The notes under the pieces were generated by a model that made no database searches, was not told the DNA's origin, and was given only the letters and a program-made list of their open reading frames with translations. From Octopus bimaculoides (taxonomy: Eukaryota): a stretch of 40,189 nucleotides of DNA. Shown piece after piece: positions 13,156 through 26,877 of the stretch (positions are counted from its first letter, which is position 1; each line of letters begins with the position of its first letter). The position numbers and the translations under genes were made by a program. The stretch is from positions 110,384,211 through 110,424,399 of the forward strand of contig NC_068982.1 of the NCBI RefSeq assembly GCF_001194135.2, given 5' to 3'.

Positions 13156-13986
13156 CAGGATGTTCGGGCTAAATTTGACATTTTATGCTACCTTTTTTCA
13201 AGAACAGTCAATGGCATTGAAGAGCATAAAGATTAAATGTGCAGTTGAGAAAAACTTAGCTGACATGGAAAACTGGAAGTTATCTGAATATCAGAAAAGA
13301 GTTACCTGTATCATGATGATTCATACCAGGTATTAAAATGCCAACAACATGACTTCTGCTCAATGTTCTGTGAGCATTGTAAAAGTTGGAAGACATGATA
13401 TGGATAGCTGTAATAGAGACTACAATACTGTGGCCCACAGGAAGGGACACAGCAGGCTTTCTGATTGCATCTGCACAGCAGAAATCATGCCCACATCTTT
13501 GAACAATGCCTTGGGCCCAATTCGGACAGCTATGTGAAGCTGCTGGAGACTGTGGTCAACCCTAGCTGATGAGTTACTAGTAGAAGGCTATATATGTGGC
13601 AGGAGGTCTCAGAAGGGTCAAAAGTAGTTGTCAAAGAATCTCTATAACTTCACCAATTTCTGACCTTCTAATTACCCTAATTGTAATCGCATGGATTGCT
13701 ATGTGTGGAGCATGATTAAGAAAGATACCAACTATTCTGCCTGCAACACCAAGGCCAAGCTGGTGAACAATATCGAGGAGGTGTTTGAAGATATTATCAA
13801 GGACACAGTGAGGAACAGATGTACCAGGTTCCAGAGCCATCTTGAGGCTGTGGTGGAAGCTAAGGGCTCCTACTTTGGGTAAACTGTTATCTCCCAGTCA
13901 CAATCTGTTTGATATTATTTTTTTTAAATGGGATGTGTTTCCTTTTCCTTTTATACAAACTGTCAAATTTAGCATGAATACCCCTG
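13156..13986 (+). mobile_element. Internally deleted Tc1/mariner-superfamily element (maT/DD37D-like)
   Basis: TIRs caggatgttcgggctaaatttgaca / tgtcaaatttagcatgaatacccctg|TA; C-terminal MDCYVW...NTKAKL...RCTRFQSHLEAVVEAKGSYF. Confidence 0.8.
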
Positions 13987-15369
13987 TATATACATATACA
14001 CAAGAAAAATTTGAAATACGCTCATTATATTTATTGCAAAAATGTCCCAATTTCATTCAGTTTGTCCTCCTTTTCCCTTTGTTTTTTTGAAAAATAATGT
14101 GTGTCTACCATTATCCTATGGAACATTTGAATTGGAATAAATGAAAGTAAATAATCAACAGACTGAATTCAGCTTCTGAAATATATATATATATATATAT
14201 TTTTTTTTTTTCAACTGACTGCTACTTTGTTTACATATTGTCAAGCCTTATCATTTATTTTCCTCCAGACTAGTACTACTGATTATGCATTGTTACCTTA
14301 GAAAATACTGATAACTCTGGAAAGCAGTTTTGTAAGAGAGTCATAGTTCATTAGTCAAAGCACTGCAGTACCACTTGCCAATAAGACAAACACTGACAAG
14401 ATGTTAGTTGGTTTTGGGAGACATGTTGGTAGAAAAAAGAAGTACACCTTATAAGCTATCAAATATAAATTATTTTCAACTAGCAGAAATCACACTTTGG
14501 ATTAAATAAGATGCAAAAGGAATAAGAGTATCAAAAACAAAATATTTAAATAAATTAGAAGTCGATATCAAAACCAGACGTGTGACTGTTCCATTATATA
14601 ATAGCATTTCAATACATGTAACAAGATGTAAATAAACATTATAAATTCAATTTAACTGAATGTGTAATTTAACAAAGGATCCCCCAAACTGCTGCTAAAC
14701 CTGCTAGAAATAGTAAACAAATCTTTAAACAGTACCTTATTGTCTTAATAAATGGAAGGTCACGAAAGGTCTATTAAGGACGATGTGTGATTAAAAAAGA
14801 CTATATTTTAAATTTGCATGAATTGGATTTTTCTTTCTTTTTTTTTTTTTTTTTTACTATACTAAGTGATTCTACAATCAATTTGTTTGGAGTGTGCATT
14901 TTTGTACCTAAATACCTTACCTAATTCTAATAGCTTATGAAAAACTACATCTAATACCATAATTTACATGAAATATCTTGTGTCATATCAAGTGAAATAA
15001 AATCATCCTACTTCAAAAAAAAAAAAAACTCTTATGTAAGACCATTAAACACATAAAAATGTTCTTTGAAATGGAACCACATCAGTGACCAAGTCGCAAT
15101 ACTTTTGACACCAAATAACCAGTGTTTAAGTGAAGTTAATAGCTAAAGAAATTATTTATAAAAATATAATTGATTTGGACTTGTACAAGTTCTGACTATG
15201 CAGGGGTACCACTATATCTTAACATTTCTAATGACAAATTTCTAAAGATGAATAATAGATTTATTTTGATTGTTCTGTTATAAACAGAGATATTCAAAAT
15301 AGGTAATCAGTTTTTTTTTTGGTTGTTTGTTTGTTTTTTTTTTCTGTTTGACACATGACAGCTCTGGCA

Positions 15370-16020
15370 ATGCTGCCATGTCAGACAGGGTTTGCAGTAC
15401 ATTGTACCACAAATGCTACTCTCAAACCTGTGTCACTTCATCATTGAAACCAAAAGATCCTTAGACATGGACCACACTACTATTTTCTCATGTTTTCCTT
15501 TCCCACAGCTACCTCCTACATTCAACACAAGGTTCATATTCATCAACAGTAGTGATCTACTTGTTAATTGGCCAGCAGCTTTCTCAGCTCACTTCCATTC
15601 TATCCTTTATGTAAGTCGATGTTATGCAATTCAGCAGCTCATACTTAACCAGTAACTGCCCTTCTGCCTCTGCCAATCTTCCACACTAAATATGTCTCAC
15701 ACTGCCATACAACATTACACTTCTTGTACATGCTTCATGTAGTTTGCCAAACTCACAAAGAGAGAAAAGCTTTATTGCCAGCAAAATTAACACTTAAAAC
15801 TGCTTCTATCCCATTCTTACTCTAACTACTATGCTTGCACTTACAACCACTTCCAGAACTAATTATACTACATAGATTGCAGAAGCTGTCTACTACATCT
15901 AGTGAACCATTTGAGCAATCTATAGTTTTCATTTCAAGGTTACTTCTGCTTGCCAACTACTTCAGTGCATCTGGCATTTCTAATACCCTGGTCCTCTGTC
16001 AATACCCCTGTGCCCATTAC
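15370..16020 (+). mobile_element. Possible highly decayed CR1-group LINE (EN-RT linker)
   Basis: Weak peptide similarity (IFSCFPF, LLANYFS) and C/A-rich strand bias like 7805-8160. Confidence 0.3.
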
Positions 16021-16744
16021 TAGCTTAGAATACTGATTATTAAATCTATAACAAATTCCCTTCAATATTTCAATATATTTAGCAAATTTACTTCCCAGAT
16101 GTTACTGAATTATTGTGCCATTTGTTAATAACTAGTACACATGGCTTTGTTACATTAACTTTTAAGCTTTCCAGCTCCACACTACTCTTCCAAGTTTAAA
16201 TTGCATTTTCTTTTCTGTAGCTCTTTGACAGAGTCTGCAATGAGAATCAGATCATTAGCATATAAATGTTCCCAAGATCTTGTTCAGAACTTAAGCATGA
16301 TTGAAGAAAAACTGGTGGGAGGGGGCTACAGACAAAATGATTAACTTTTATATCCCTAACTACTACACTATTTCACTGCTCCAGTAGTGTGCAACAAATT
16401 GAAACAGCAGGTTACATTCTAATTAGATGTCAGCATAAGAAGACCCTCTTTGTTCATCAATTTGAATTCAACAACCAACTAATCTATGCAATGTGAATCA
16501 TATTTTTCACAAGGCAGAGTATTTGGGCTTCACAACCATTTCTTTCTCTCTCCTCCTGGTCAAACTGAAAGTCAGTTTGGTTTTCCTTTCTACCAAAATA
16601 GTTGATTACTAACTGGTTGGCTAATATCAGTGCAACAATGGTAATATCATGTATATCACATAACTACGGGAGTCTTTGTTTCTTTATCAATAACTTGCAT
16701 GCTTCTGTATTCAACATAATATTACTCATCAATATAACTATTAA

Positions 16745-16953
16745 CCCTTTTGTTACCAGGTTTCTGTTGAAATACACTGCTTTTGTTTCAATTAATTTTG
16801 AAAATAATGAAGAATTTAGTAAAATAACTATTGTTATTAAGCTGGTGTTTGGAACATATTAAAGAGAACGGTTATAATGTAGATCATTTTAACTTTAAAA
16901 CGGAATTTGTATCATAAAACGAGAAGTGGCCTCAAGTGATTGTATAAAAAGGT
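16745..16953. mobile_element. piggyBac-type MITE (second family)
   Basis: TTAA|cccttttgttacc ... gtataaaaaggt|TTAA. Confidence 0.65.
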
Positions 16954-17096
16954 TTAACTCTCCAGCTAATGATAACAATATTATTAACATCTACTTTTAA
17001 TGTGTTCTGCATTATATTTCATACAACTGATCCTTTCTTTCATCCAATAATCCCATCTGCAGAGCCTAAGTAGCTAAATATCCAGTATATTGTCTA

Positions 17097-17975
17097 TGTG
17101 GCAGTATCAAATAGCTCCCAGACAAGTTCTGCAGCACACCAACTGATAGCAGCACATGGTTGATATGCAGTGAGAGCTAGCATTGACCTTCATGACACAG
17201 TGTGCCAAGTGACATCGTTGTGTGTACTTCACAAGTTGCAAAATTTGTGCTTTTCTGATCATGTGTATGCTGTAATCTACGATTTGTCATGGACAGGAAC
17301 AAAAAGCCAACGTGAAATTTTGCATTAAACTTGAGAAGTCTGCTACAGAGACATTGAGCATGCTTCGGCAAGTTTATGGTAATGAGGCAACGGGTCACAT
17401 GCAATGTATCAAGTGGCACGGGCACTTTAAAAGTGGAAGAATGTCCATGGAAGACAATGAGTAATTTGGAAGACCTGCCATAAGCGTCACCCCCGGAAGT
17501 TTGGTATTGTGCATCAAGAATTCATGCCCCCAGAGCCAGGCTGTCAATCAAGAGTTCTACTGCAACATTTTGAAGTGTTTGAGGGAGAACATTTGGTAAA
17601 AGTGACCAGATCTGTGTAGTGTGAAGAATTGGATTCTTAATACAACAATGCATCCTGTCACCAATCTCTCCCACTTCTGCACCTGCCTTATTCACCAGAT
17701 TTAACACGAGCAGACTTCCATCTCTTCCCCAAGATGAAATGCAGCTCAAAGGTCACCATATTAACACTGCTGTCAAGATCCAGAGCAAATTGCAGAAGGT
17801 CCTCAACCTGTTTACAGAAAACAACTTCCAGGCTGGATTCCAAAAGTAGCAGGAAAGCTGGGATTGGTGTATTGCTGCACAAGGTGACTATTTCAAAGAT
17901 GATGTTGAAACTTAGATAAATAAGTTATTTTTTTATTAAACATAACTGGTCCTGAAATCTTTTGATACCACCTCA
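17097..17975 (+). mobile_element. Internally deleted mariner element
   Basis: TA|tgtggcagtatcaaa and tttgataccacctca|TA ends; NVKFCIKLEKSATETLSMLRQVYG; LHLPYSPDLTRADFHLFP. Confidence 0.85.
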
Positions 17976-18984
17976 TATTATGAAGTTTATTATCCTATGT
18001 TTACATCTACCTACACTACCAACACACTTAAACTTTGCTTGGGATGATCCCATTTAAATCAATTATCACTTTTTTCTGACAAGACACACCAAACCATCTC
18101 TTGCACTAACATTTCAACATCATCAAACCCACCTTTCATTGAGTCAGAAATTGACAGTAGCAGACATCATGAAACTCAAAACCTAAAAGGAAGTGAGGCT
18201 GTAGGATTACTTGACAGTAGTTTCGTGTTGCTTATGCTTTACACCATCCTTACCATGTTCAGCTCTAGCGTAACATGTTCTGTAAATGCATTTTATGAGA
18301 AAAGAGATAATCAGGTTGCATGATGACAGCTGAGTAGTACCCACATCTGACACCAAACACTAATGCAATTGGTGTCACTGTATAGTTGTTTAGCCTTGGC
18401 TGAACAGATTAATGATTCTGTCAGTCATAACTATTTCATCACTTTCAGACATAGTGGAATTACATCAACTAAAGTATCCTTTCTAAGTAAGAAGGGAGAT
18501 CTGGCTGTTATTTCTAGCAGCTAACACAACTACATAGTTGGCTCAAATGTACTATACAATTAGACAGTATATTTGGTTTAGTAAGGAATGGGTGACTTAA
18601 TATCTTTATCATCATCAAATACTAACAGAGAGAATGAATGAATTTACTAAGGCACTGGCATTAGAAAGGCCATCTTACAATGTAAAGGAATCTCTCAATA
18701 TATAAACATGAACAAACATGCATACATACATACATATATATGATGGATTTTGCATAGATTTCAATGAACAAATTTTTCAGATCAGTTAAAGGAATTTTGA
18801 GTTATAGTATAAGTGGCTGAGTATTCCAGACATTGGGATTGGATTGAAGTGCCCATGTTCAGTCAATTGCAGGATGAGGGCCTCAGCATCTTCTCTCTTC
18901 CAACCACATTCTGATGTGAAAGCTATGAATTTAAGCTTGAGATTATACTGGTTCAATGGGCTTACTCTGTCATGCTGACTCAAC

Positions 18985-19190
18985 ATGGCTTGGCAGAGGG
19001 GTGCAATTTTTATACTTATAGCCAGGAGTAGTTAAGTCGATTACATTGACCCCAGTGCCCAACTAGTACTTATTTTATCGACTCCGAAAGAATGAAAGAC
19101 TAAGTCAACCTTAGTGGAATTTGAGCTTAGAACGTAAAAGCACTGCTAAGTATTTTCCCAGCAGACTAACAATTCTGCAGTCCACAACCT
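18985..19190 (-). mobile_element. SINE of the 25789-26019 family
   Basis: ttaagtcgattacattgaccccagtg...aagaatgaaagactaagtcaacc...atttgagcttagaacg. Confidence 0.65.
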
Positions 19191-20255
19191 TATTCTAAAC
19201 ATATGTACTCTTGAAATAATCATTAAGTCCACTGAATAAACTTTCCACACAGTTTCCATCTACCTAATTTTACTCATAAAGCTCGAGTCAATATCTGGCT
19301 ACGACAGAAGACATCTGCCCTTTCTCCCTCATGACTGCAAAATATCATCACTATTCTGCCATACCTGCAAAATGTTTGTGCATGAATATGTAACACACAC
19401 ACACACACACAGAGTCATAAAGTGGATAAGTCTGACGCTTCAGAGCTCTTTATTCTCTGGTGATGAACATTGCTTGAAACACCAGATCTAGCCTTCTTTA
19501 CAACAAACTAACTTATACCATCTTATAAGCTTATTGTATGTACTACTTGATGATACAGATTATCACGAGTTTCTTCAATTTCTATCGTTTCATTTTCATT
19601 ATATTTGTAATATTACGTAATATAAATCATGATTTAGTATATTAATAATATAATAAATGATATAATTACTACATTGTTTATATCGCTACATATTAAACGA
19701 AGTTAAATTTGAATGTTTGAGTTCACAGGAAAAAATCAAAATGTACAAGGAAAGATATTGCATCCTCATTGTACAAGACGACAAAGTAAAACCAAAAAAA
19801 ACCCATGAAGATTGTTTTACAAACCTATTTAAATGAATGCAACAAACCATTATATACTAAAACTCTAAGCAAACTGAATATGTGACCTAGATTCATTTCC
19901 TAGTTTACTTCTAACTGCTACTCTTAACTTTATTCACATCACTGAAACTTTCAACAAACCTGAAAGTCAACAGTGCTAATCATTCACAGAAAAAAATACT
20001 TCTGACTGCAAAATCAAGCAATTGATATTCATTGCAGTTCACTGTAAATTCATAGGTGGTAAATTCAATGTGAGTAATTACATCACCATTAATAATCATA
20101 ATTTAAGTGTAAAGTAAATTACACCAAGAGCCAATAATTTATTAGTAAAGTTATCATATCAAATACATTATGGTAAATTTGGCATGTTTTCCATCTGTAA
20201 AGTAAATGCATCACTAAATATTATTTAAAAATTTTTATTTGCAGAGTAAATGTGT

Positions 20256-20550
20256 CATCATCATCATCATTTAACGTCAGCTTTCCATGCTAGCATGGGT
20301 TGGACGATTTGACTGAGGACTGGTGAACCAGATGGCTACACTAGGCTCCAATCTGATTTGGCAGAGTTTCTACAGCTGGATGCGCTTCCTAATGCCAACC
20401 ACTCCGAGAGTGTAGTGGGTGCTTTTACATGCCACCGGCACGAAGGCCAGTCAGGCAGTACTGGCAACGGCTACACTCAAAATGGTGTATTTTACGTGCC
20501 ACCTGCGCAGGAGCCAGTCCAGTGGCACTGGCAACTATCTCACTCGAATG
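20256..20550 (-). mobile_element. RTE LINE 3' UTR, young copy
   Basis: Near reverse complement of 39890-40187; (CAT)n tail. Confidence 0.9.
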
Positions 20551-21744
20551 TCTTTATCTTGCAATGAAATGACCAAGGGATGCATTTACTATGATACAAT
20601 TACTATTTGGCATATTTGGTTAAATAATCAGGTAAGTAGTTTGTGATATCTGAGCCAAATAATCTTTCTACAAAAGGTGTGTCAAGTTTTACACAAAAAT
20701 TTTTTCCAAGAATTATGACTCAACAACAGCAAAATTAAGGTCAATTCAAAAGTACAAACTCTATCAATATAGTCACACAACACATCCAGCTACATTCTTT
20801 ACTTGCATTGCTAATCATATAGTAAAAATTAAAGATTATTTTCCTCACTGACAATTTCATTTTATTATTTGAAATATTAACATTAAACTGCTTGCATTAA
20901 AATTGTTTTCTAGCAGTGTAAGGGAGGAAAGGATAAAAAATAAATGCAAGACACCAGTAAATAGTTACTGTTACTCATCAGTTTATTTCTGCTGGGTGAA
21001 ATTGTAATACCAAAGTCTATGGATTAGGTCAGATAGAAAGGTTCTATTCTCAAATATTCTAGACCTTTATTTGAAAAATACATCAATTCAAGAACTACAG
21101 CCTAATTTTGAAGCCAGGAAAAAATGTCAACACTGAAGGTTCAGAATATATGGTAAAATGTTCCTACATATTTCCACATTCATGCATAGTATAAAAGAAT
21201 TATGTTTGTGACAGAGATATATAAGCTATGCCCCAAAAGCTAGGCTGTTTATTTTGAGTGGTTTGAAGGAGGTTACCAATAAGTCCATGGGAGTGGTGAT
21301 AATACAATGGTAATAATTTATACTAACCAGCAACATTTTTGACAAATTCTATCAATCTCAGCCTTTCCACTAAGATAAACTATAGAATGCATATGTTAGA
21401 AGTGTCTTCAGAGCAAAAAAAATCAACTAAGGATATAAACTGAACCTGAGCAACATACCAGCTGAACAAACTGAAAATTCATGAAATAAATAATTTTAAT
21501 AGTCTGGATATATAAGAAAGGATGCTGGACTAACTTATGGTGCATGAACTACTTTTGGATGATCAGAAATGACTCATTGCACCCTCATCCATAACTGTTC
21601 AATACACAATTAATGACCTAGGTCAATGTTCCACAACCATTTTTCACTTGCAGTATATTTATATTCTTTTCAAAATTTAGCAGTACACCTGAACTAAAGA
21701 TATAACTAAAAATACAGGGAAACGAATTATATTCAGGTTACACA

Positions 21745-21809
21745 GTGGCACACCTAGCATCATCTCGTGGCACGCTAGTGTGCTGTGGCATACCAGTTGC
21801 GGAGCACTG
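21745..21809. mobile_element. hAT/Charlie-type terminal remnant
   Basis: gtggcacacctagc...gtggcacgctagtgtgctgtggcataccagttgcggagcactg resembles hAT MITE ends terminating in cactg. Confidence 0.5.
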
Positions 21810-23641
21810 ATCTAGTTGACCAGCCAGTACCGATCCACTGTAGCTTTTCACCTATCAGTTTATAATTGACTCCCTACACTATAGTTTTGTCTTTCGATCA
21901 TTTTTGAAGAAAATCCAAAACTGCAAAAGTTAAGTCTTACATTTGACAAAGTGAAATCATGGATAGAAAATCTACAAGTAGATTTCAGTAGACTAATCGA
22001 TATTTATACTGACAGAGTGCCATCAATATCAGTAAAGCCATTGAGACCACAACTTAGCTTGAAAACTTACTTTTTAGAACATTCCTTACTAAAATATGAC
22101 CTGCATTATACACCAAGAGATGATGTATGAAAAAGCTAAACCTGCAGCATGTTCTGTTTATGATTGTGAAATGTGTGGCAAAATTTAGAACATGAGCACT
22201 AATGAGAACTGAGAGAATATTTCACAATACTCAGAATTCTGCTTAATGTATTTGCTCTAATTTCTATTATTACTAAAATGTGACATTTTTATAACTTCCT
22301 TATTGTTTCAAAAGCTTACTCAGACTGATTAATTTGGGGGTTTTTTGGAGGGGGGACAGTTCTGAGATGGGGGAGAACAGTAATTTATGATTGTTTATAA
22401 GTCACAGACTAAATTTTGAAGACAATACTAATGATATATGTTGAAAGGGACTTTGACCTGCTATTGAAAATTATTAGAGTAGAAAAATTTAACAAGTGCA
22501 CTGGAAATCTTAAATCAAAATACATTTGAATTACTCATAACAGTGATTGTTAATTCTTTGCTAAACTATATATATATTACTAAACTATATCATCTTTATA
22601 GACACATTCAGAAATAAATAATGCAATAAAATAATATTAATCTTTCATAATTCTAAATAACAAAATAGTTTCTCAATATGTAAAAGAATATATATAAACC
22701 AAAACAAACCACAGAAATAACTTTTAAATGAGATTTTAAAAGAGACACTGAATTAGATCACAGGCACAAGAAATAAACACAAGTGTCAATGTTTTGATAA
22801 AACCAAATGGTAGGACTCCAGTGTACATTTATTTGATAATGAATGACAAATTCTTTATATTAGAGTATAGAAGGAAAATTGAAAACAATGTCTATGATGT
22901 AGAAACACTAAATTCAGTAAAGAAATGAGTTCAAACAATATCTCACAATGATCAGCCAAACTAAAAATACATATACTCACTTCAAGGTTGAATGGCTAGT
23001 ATTATGAAAGATATGTCACTAGCAAGTCATGCAAGTATTCAAACCATGTCAGAATAGAGAAATGGACATAAAAGATTAAGGAAAACAAAAAGTGAAAGAG
23101 AGCAGACAGAAGAACTAAATTCTTTCCAGCTATAATTAGCCATGCCAACTCCAACCTTCTACACCAATACAGTTGAGGTCACCTAGATAACAAAGTGACT
23201 TGACAATGCAACCAAGTCTTTTTATGTGAACTGTTAAAATAAGATATTTAATTACAAATAGTGCTTCCCATTCACCAAGCTGAAATGCCTAAATATTTTA
23301 GACTGATTACACTGTCAAAGTAGTACTGCTTCTTGCTTAAATACTGAACAGGACATCACTTTTTTTGAGTTCTCTCATGATTTTTCATGCTTGCATTTAA
23401 GTTTTCAGTAATTCTTAAAATATACAAATAGATTAAGCCATGTAAACAAACTTAAGCCACTAAGAAGATAGAAGAATCCCTGAGTATAGACAGAATTTGG
23501 ACTGATCACCATCTGAACTACTAAATTATTCATCCTGATCTCTGCCTCTTAAATCAACTTTTGTACAATATCTATTGTATCACTTAACGGTTTGCTAACT
23601 TATCCATCCTGCTAATCTCTTTTCTTTTTTTTTTTTTTTTT

Positions 23642-23830
23642 NNNNNNNNNNNNNNNNNNNNNNNNNNNNNNNNNNNNNNNNNNNNNNNNNNNNNNNNNNN
23701 NNNNNNNNNNNNNNNNNNNNNNNNNNNNNNNNNNNNNNNNNNNNNNNNNNNNNNNNNNNNNNNNNNNNNNNNNNNNNNNNNNNNNNNNNNNNNNNNNNNN
23801 NNNNNNNNNNNNNNNNNNNNNNNNNNNNNN
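23642..23830. other. Assembly gap (others at about 30500-30509, 31178-31652, 38464-38654)
   Basis: Runs of N; ORFs crossing them are artefacts. Confidence 1.
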
Positions 23831-23871
<41 letters not shown>

Positions 23872-24037
23872 TACGGCGGGCTTCTTTCAGTTTCCGTCTA
23901 CCAAATCCACTCACAAGGCTTTGGTCGGCCCGAGGCTATAGTAGAAGACACTCGCCCAAGGTGCCACGCAGTGGAACTGAACCCGGAACCATGTGGTTGG
24001 TAAGCAAGCTACTTACCACACAGCCACTCCTACGCCT
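23872..24037 (-). mobile_element. tRNA-headed SINE, well preserved
   Basis: Minus strand aggcgtaggagtggctgtgtggtaag (A box) ... ccgggttcagttcc (B box) ... ggcaccttgggcgagtgtcttctactatagcc; 3' end runs into (TA)n. Confidence 0.9.
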
Positions 24038-24077
24038 AATGTTAATTTAACCTTAACTGCACCTTAGCACCACTTAC

Positions 24078-24115
24078 TATGAGTTCCAGAGCTGCAGTCA
24101 AGGGGAGGAGCGCAA
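24078..24115 (-). CDS. Candidate 38-nt exon xALLPLTAALELI (phase 1-0)
   Basis: Acceptor gttttcttgacag, donor ATA|gtaagt; GC-rich and protein-like; a longer version from the upstream strong acceptor has stops in all frames. Confidence 0.3.
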
Positions 24116-24667
24116 CTGTCAAGAAAACTACACAGTCTTAAATCTACCTACCACATGGTCATTGCAATTATCTTCTGTTAAAAAGAAATTACACATAGGT
24201 ATCCACTTAATGTTTTTATACATACATGCAATTTCTGCCAATACATTTTTAGTGGCACCTTAACCTTTGAAAATGAATGTTACAAGAAGCATTAGATACA
24301 CACTACGCGCATGTGTGTATGTGCGCACGTGCATGTAGCATTTTTTTTTTCCTGTAGCTGAATGACCTCTCTGTTTCCATCAGCAATGGCTAAACTGAAC
24401 AGGTGCATATTGTAGTATTGTTAGAGATGTTTTCTTCCCAGACTATAAGCTTTCTCTACCAGCTGCTGGTTTTCTTTCAAACAATTCATTTTAAACTCAG
24501 TCACAGGTTCTAGTCTGCATAGCTAAAAAATGTTACCTACTCTACTAATAACTAATAAAAGGAAGATCATTTCTAATTGCAAAAGACATGTCCCCAAAAT
24601 TTGTAAACTGTTTCAGTTTGCAAACTTTGTTAACACTTAGGAGTGAAAACAAAGTAAATTGTTTAAA

Positions 24668-25135
24668 TACTCATCATTCTTTAACATCCGTTTTCCATGC
24701 TGGCATGGGTTGGACGGTTTGACCAGAACTGGTAGCCAGAGAGCTGCACCAGGTTCCAGTCTGATTTGGCTTGGTTTCTACAGCTGGATGCCCTTCCTCA
24801 TGCCAATCACTTACATTCCAGTGTATGCTGGATGCTTTTAACATGACACCAGTATGAGCACTTTTATGTGACACCAGCACAGGACTCTAGCAGGCCAATC
24901 CTCTTCATTAGGGGGAATGGCCTTAACAATTCTGCTGCAGAGGATGAGCCTTCTTGAGTAAAATAAGATGCCATATATCTCGGTCTTTTGTCATCTCCTC
25001 CAAAAGGTTCAGTGTCCTGAGGTCGTCCTTCAGTATTTCATCCCATGTCTTCCTCAGTCTCCCTCTTCCATGAGCTCCATCCACTTTGAGTGACCAGCAC
25101 TTCTTTATGGAGCTGTCTACATCCATCCGCATCAC
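24668..25135 (-). mobile_element. 5'-truncated RTE LINE (ORF C-terminus plus 3' UTR)
   Basis: MRMDVDSSIKKCWSLKVDGAHGRGRLRKTWDEILKDDLRTLNLLEEMTKDRDIW followed by the shared 3' tail. Confidence 0.9.
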
Positions 25136-25788
25136 ATAAGATAAACAACATAACTGATAAATATCAACTCCAAAACACAGGGAGATTAAAGGATGATGAA
25201 TACCAAGATGATCCTGGGGTTTTTTTCAGGTTTATATAGGTTTCTTTATAAACTCCAGAGGTGGTGGTGGTTGTAGTGGTAGTAGTAGCATTAATAGTGC
25301 TGGTTGTGATTCCACCACCTTGCATCAGCACCATGCTCCCATCATTGCCACTAGGATGGCTAAGATTGAACATCTTTAATCATAAATGACAGAGATAAGA
25401 GTGAAGGGAGTAAAGGATGTTGTTTTAATATTTTAACATTGTCAAGTATGAATCACATCAACAATACCACCACTCTTATAATGCACACTACCAATACTAT
25501 CACAACCATTACCACTGCAAGAATGACAGACAGAGAATGGTAGTCGTAGAGATAGTTGTAGAAGTATAATAGTTAAGTAAGTCCATTTCACACAGTCTTC
25601 TCAATAGGTTGTATGTTTTTTTTTCCCCCCAGTTATCTGTTGAATCTTTCAGAAGGATGTAAAAGATTCAATGTCATATGGCACATGATCTTCCTTGCCT
25701 TCTTTCTCCTTTTGGTGCCCATACTAATTTTACATATCCATAATCAGGTTGTGGCAGGACATGACCTGCTAGTCACATTCTTCATTCT

Positions 25789-26019
25789 TATTTCTTTATT
25801 GCCCACAAGGGGCTAAACACAGAAGGGACAAACAAGGACAGACAAAGGGATTAAGTCGATTACATCGACCCCAGTGCATAACTGGTACTTAATTTATTGA
25901 CCTCGAAAGGATGAAAGGAAAAGTCGACCTCAGCGGAATTTGAACTCAGAACATAACAGCAGATAAATTACCGCTAAGCATTTCACCTGGCGTGCTAACA
26001 TCTCTGCCAGCTCACTGCC
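25789..26019 (-). mobile_element. Full-length tRNA-headed SINE with 14-bp TSD
   Basis: acattcttcattct at 25775-25788 and 26020-26033; head ggcagtgagctggcagag...gagttcaaattcc. Confidence 0.9.
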
Positions 26020-26877
26020 ACATTCTTCATTCTGTTACTGTCTTGGAGTCTTTGGCACAATGGTCTTCATAAGACAGCATTGTTTCAATATTTGATATAG
26101 CCATAGGGGTGATGCTTAGTATAACAACAGTAATAGTAGGGGTAGAGAAGCAGTACTGTCGAGAATTAGTTATCTTTGGGATTCTTATGGGTCATCATCT
26201 TTATAAGCTCCAAACACATACACTGTAAAATATTTCAAAAATACATACCCACAACACATTGCTAAGATGACACTCTCAACAAATGTAACAATGTATAACA
26301 TGTATAAAATGGTAATTATATCATTGATTGAATAAATCAGTGTTTAAAACTTGTATATTTTTGCATAAAAAAGACTGAACTTTTAGACCAACCCAATATA
26401 TATATGCGCGCACACACAAATATATATGTACATACATACACACATATTTGCACATACATTTTCATATACACACAGAGGTACCCACACACATATACCTAAC
26501 TACCTATGAAGAACTGCTACAAAGGACTACTCAGCTCCTCCTCCCTTTTAACTATGATATTAGAGAACAAACTTCCAGGATATCTACCTATCTATAATGA
26601 TCTATACTATGAATTGTTGCTTTCCTGTTTTTCTGCTTAATTATATTTATACACACTTCTGTATAGCTATTCTATAAATGTTTTGATATCATTAGCAACT
26701 GCCTAACCATCTTTTATTTTACTGTTCTTTTATTAGCTCAACTGGTATATAGCCAACTCATTTGCCAGGATTCGATCTCTGTTTGACATTGGATTTTAGA
26801 CATCTGGTCCAGTCTAAGCACTAATTGTCTGTATCTGCTATATGCCTTTTTGACATATTCTTACCCATTATATATCA

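Noticed and set aside
15508-15609. Plus-strand exon look-alike (acceptor tttcccacag, donor gtaagt, open frame)
   Set aside because: Lies in a probable CR1 remnant on the strand opposite the best-supported exon; no partner exons found
18474-18483. U12-type donor GTATCCTTTC
   Set aside because: Falls inside a decayed dispersed repeat; no U12 branch site or exon linked to it
19425-19495. Hammerhead-like fragments (gtgatgaa...gaaac; reverse gaagcgtc)
   Set aside because: Core nucleotides mutated and no closing stems
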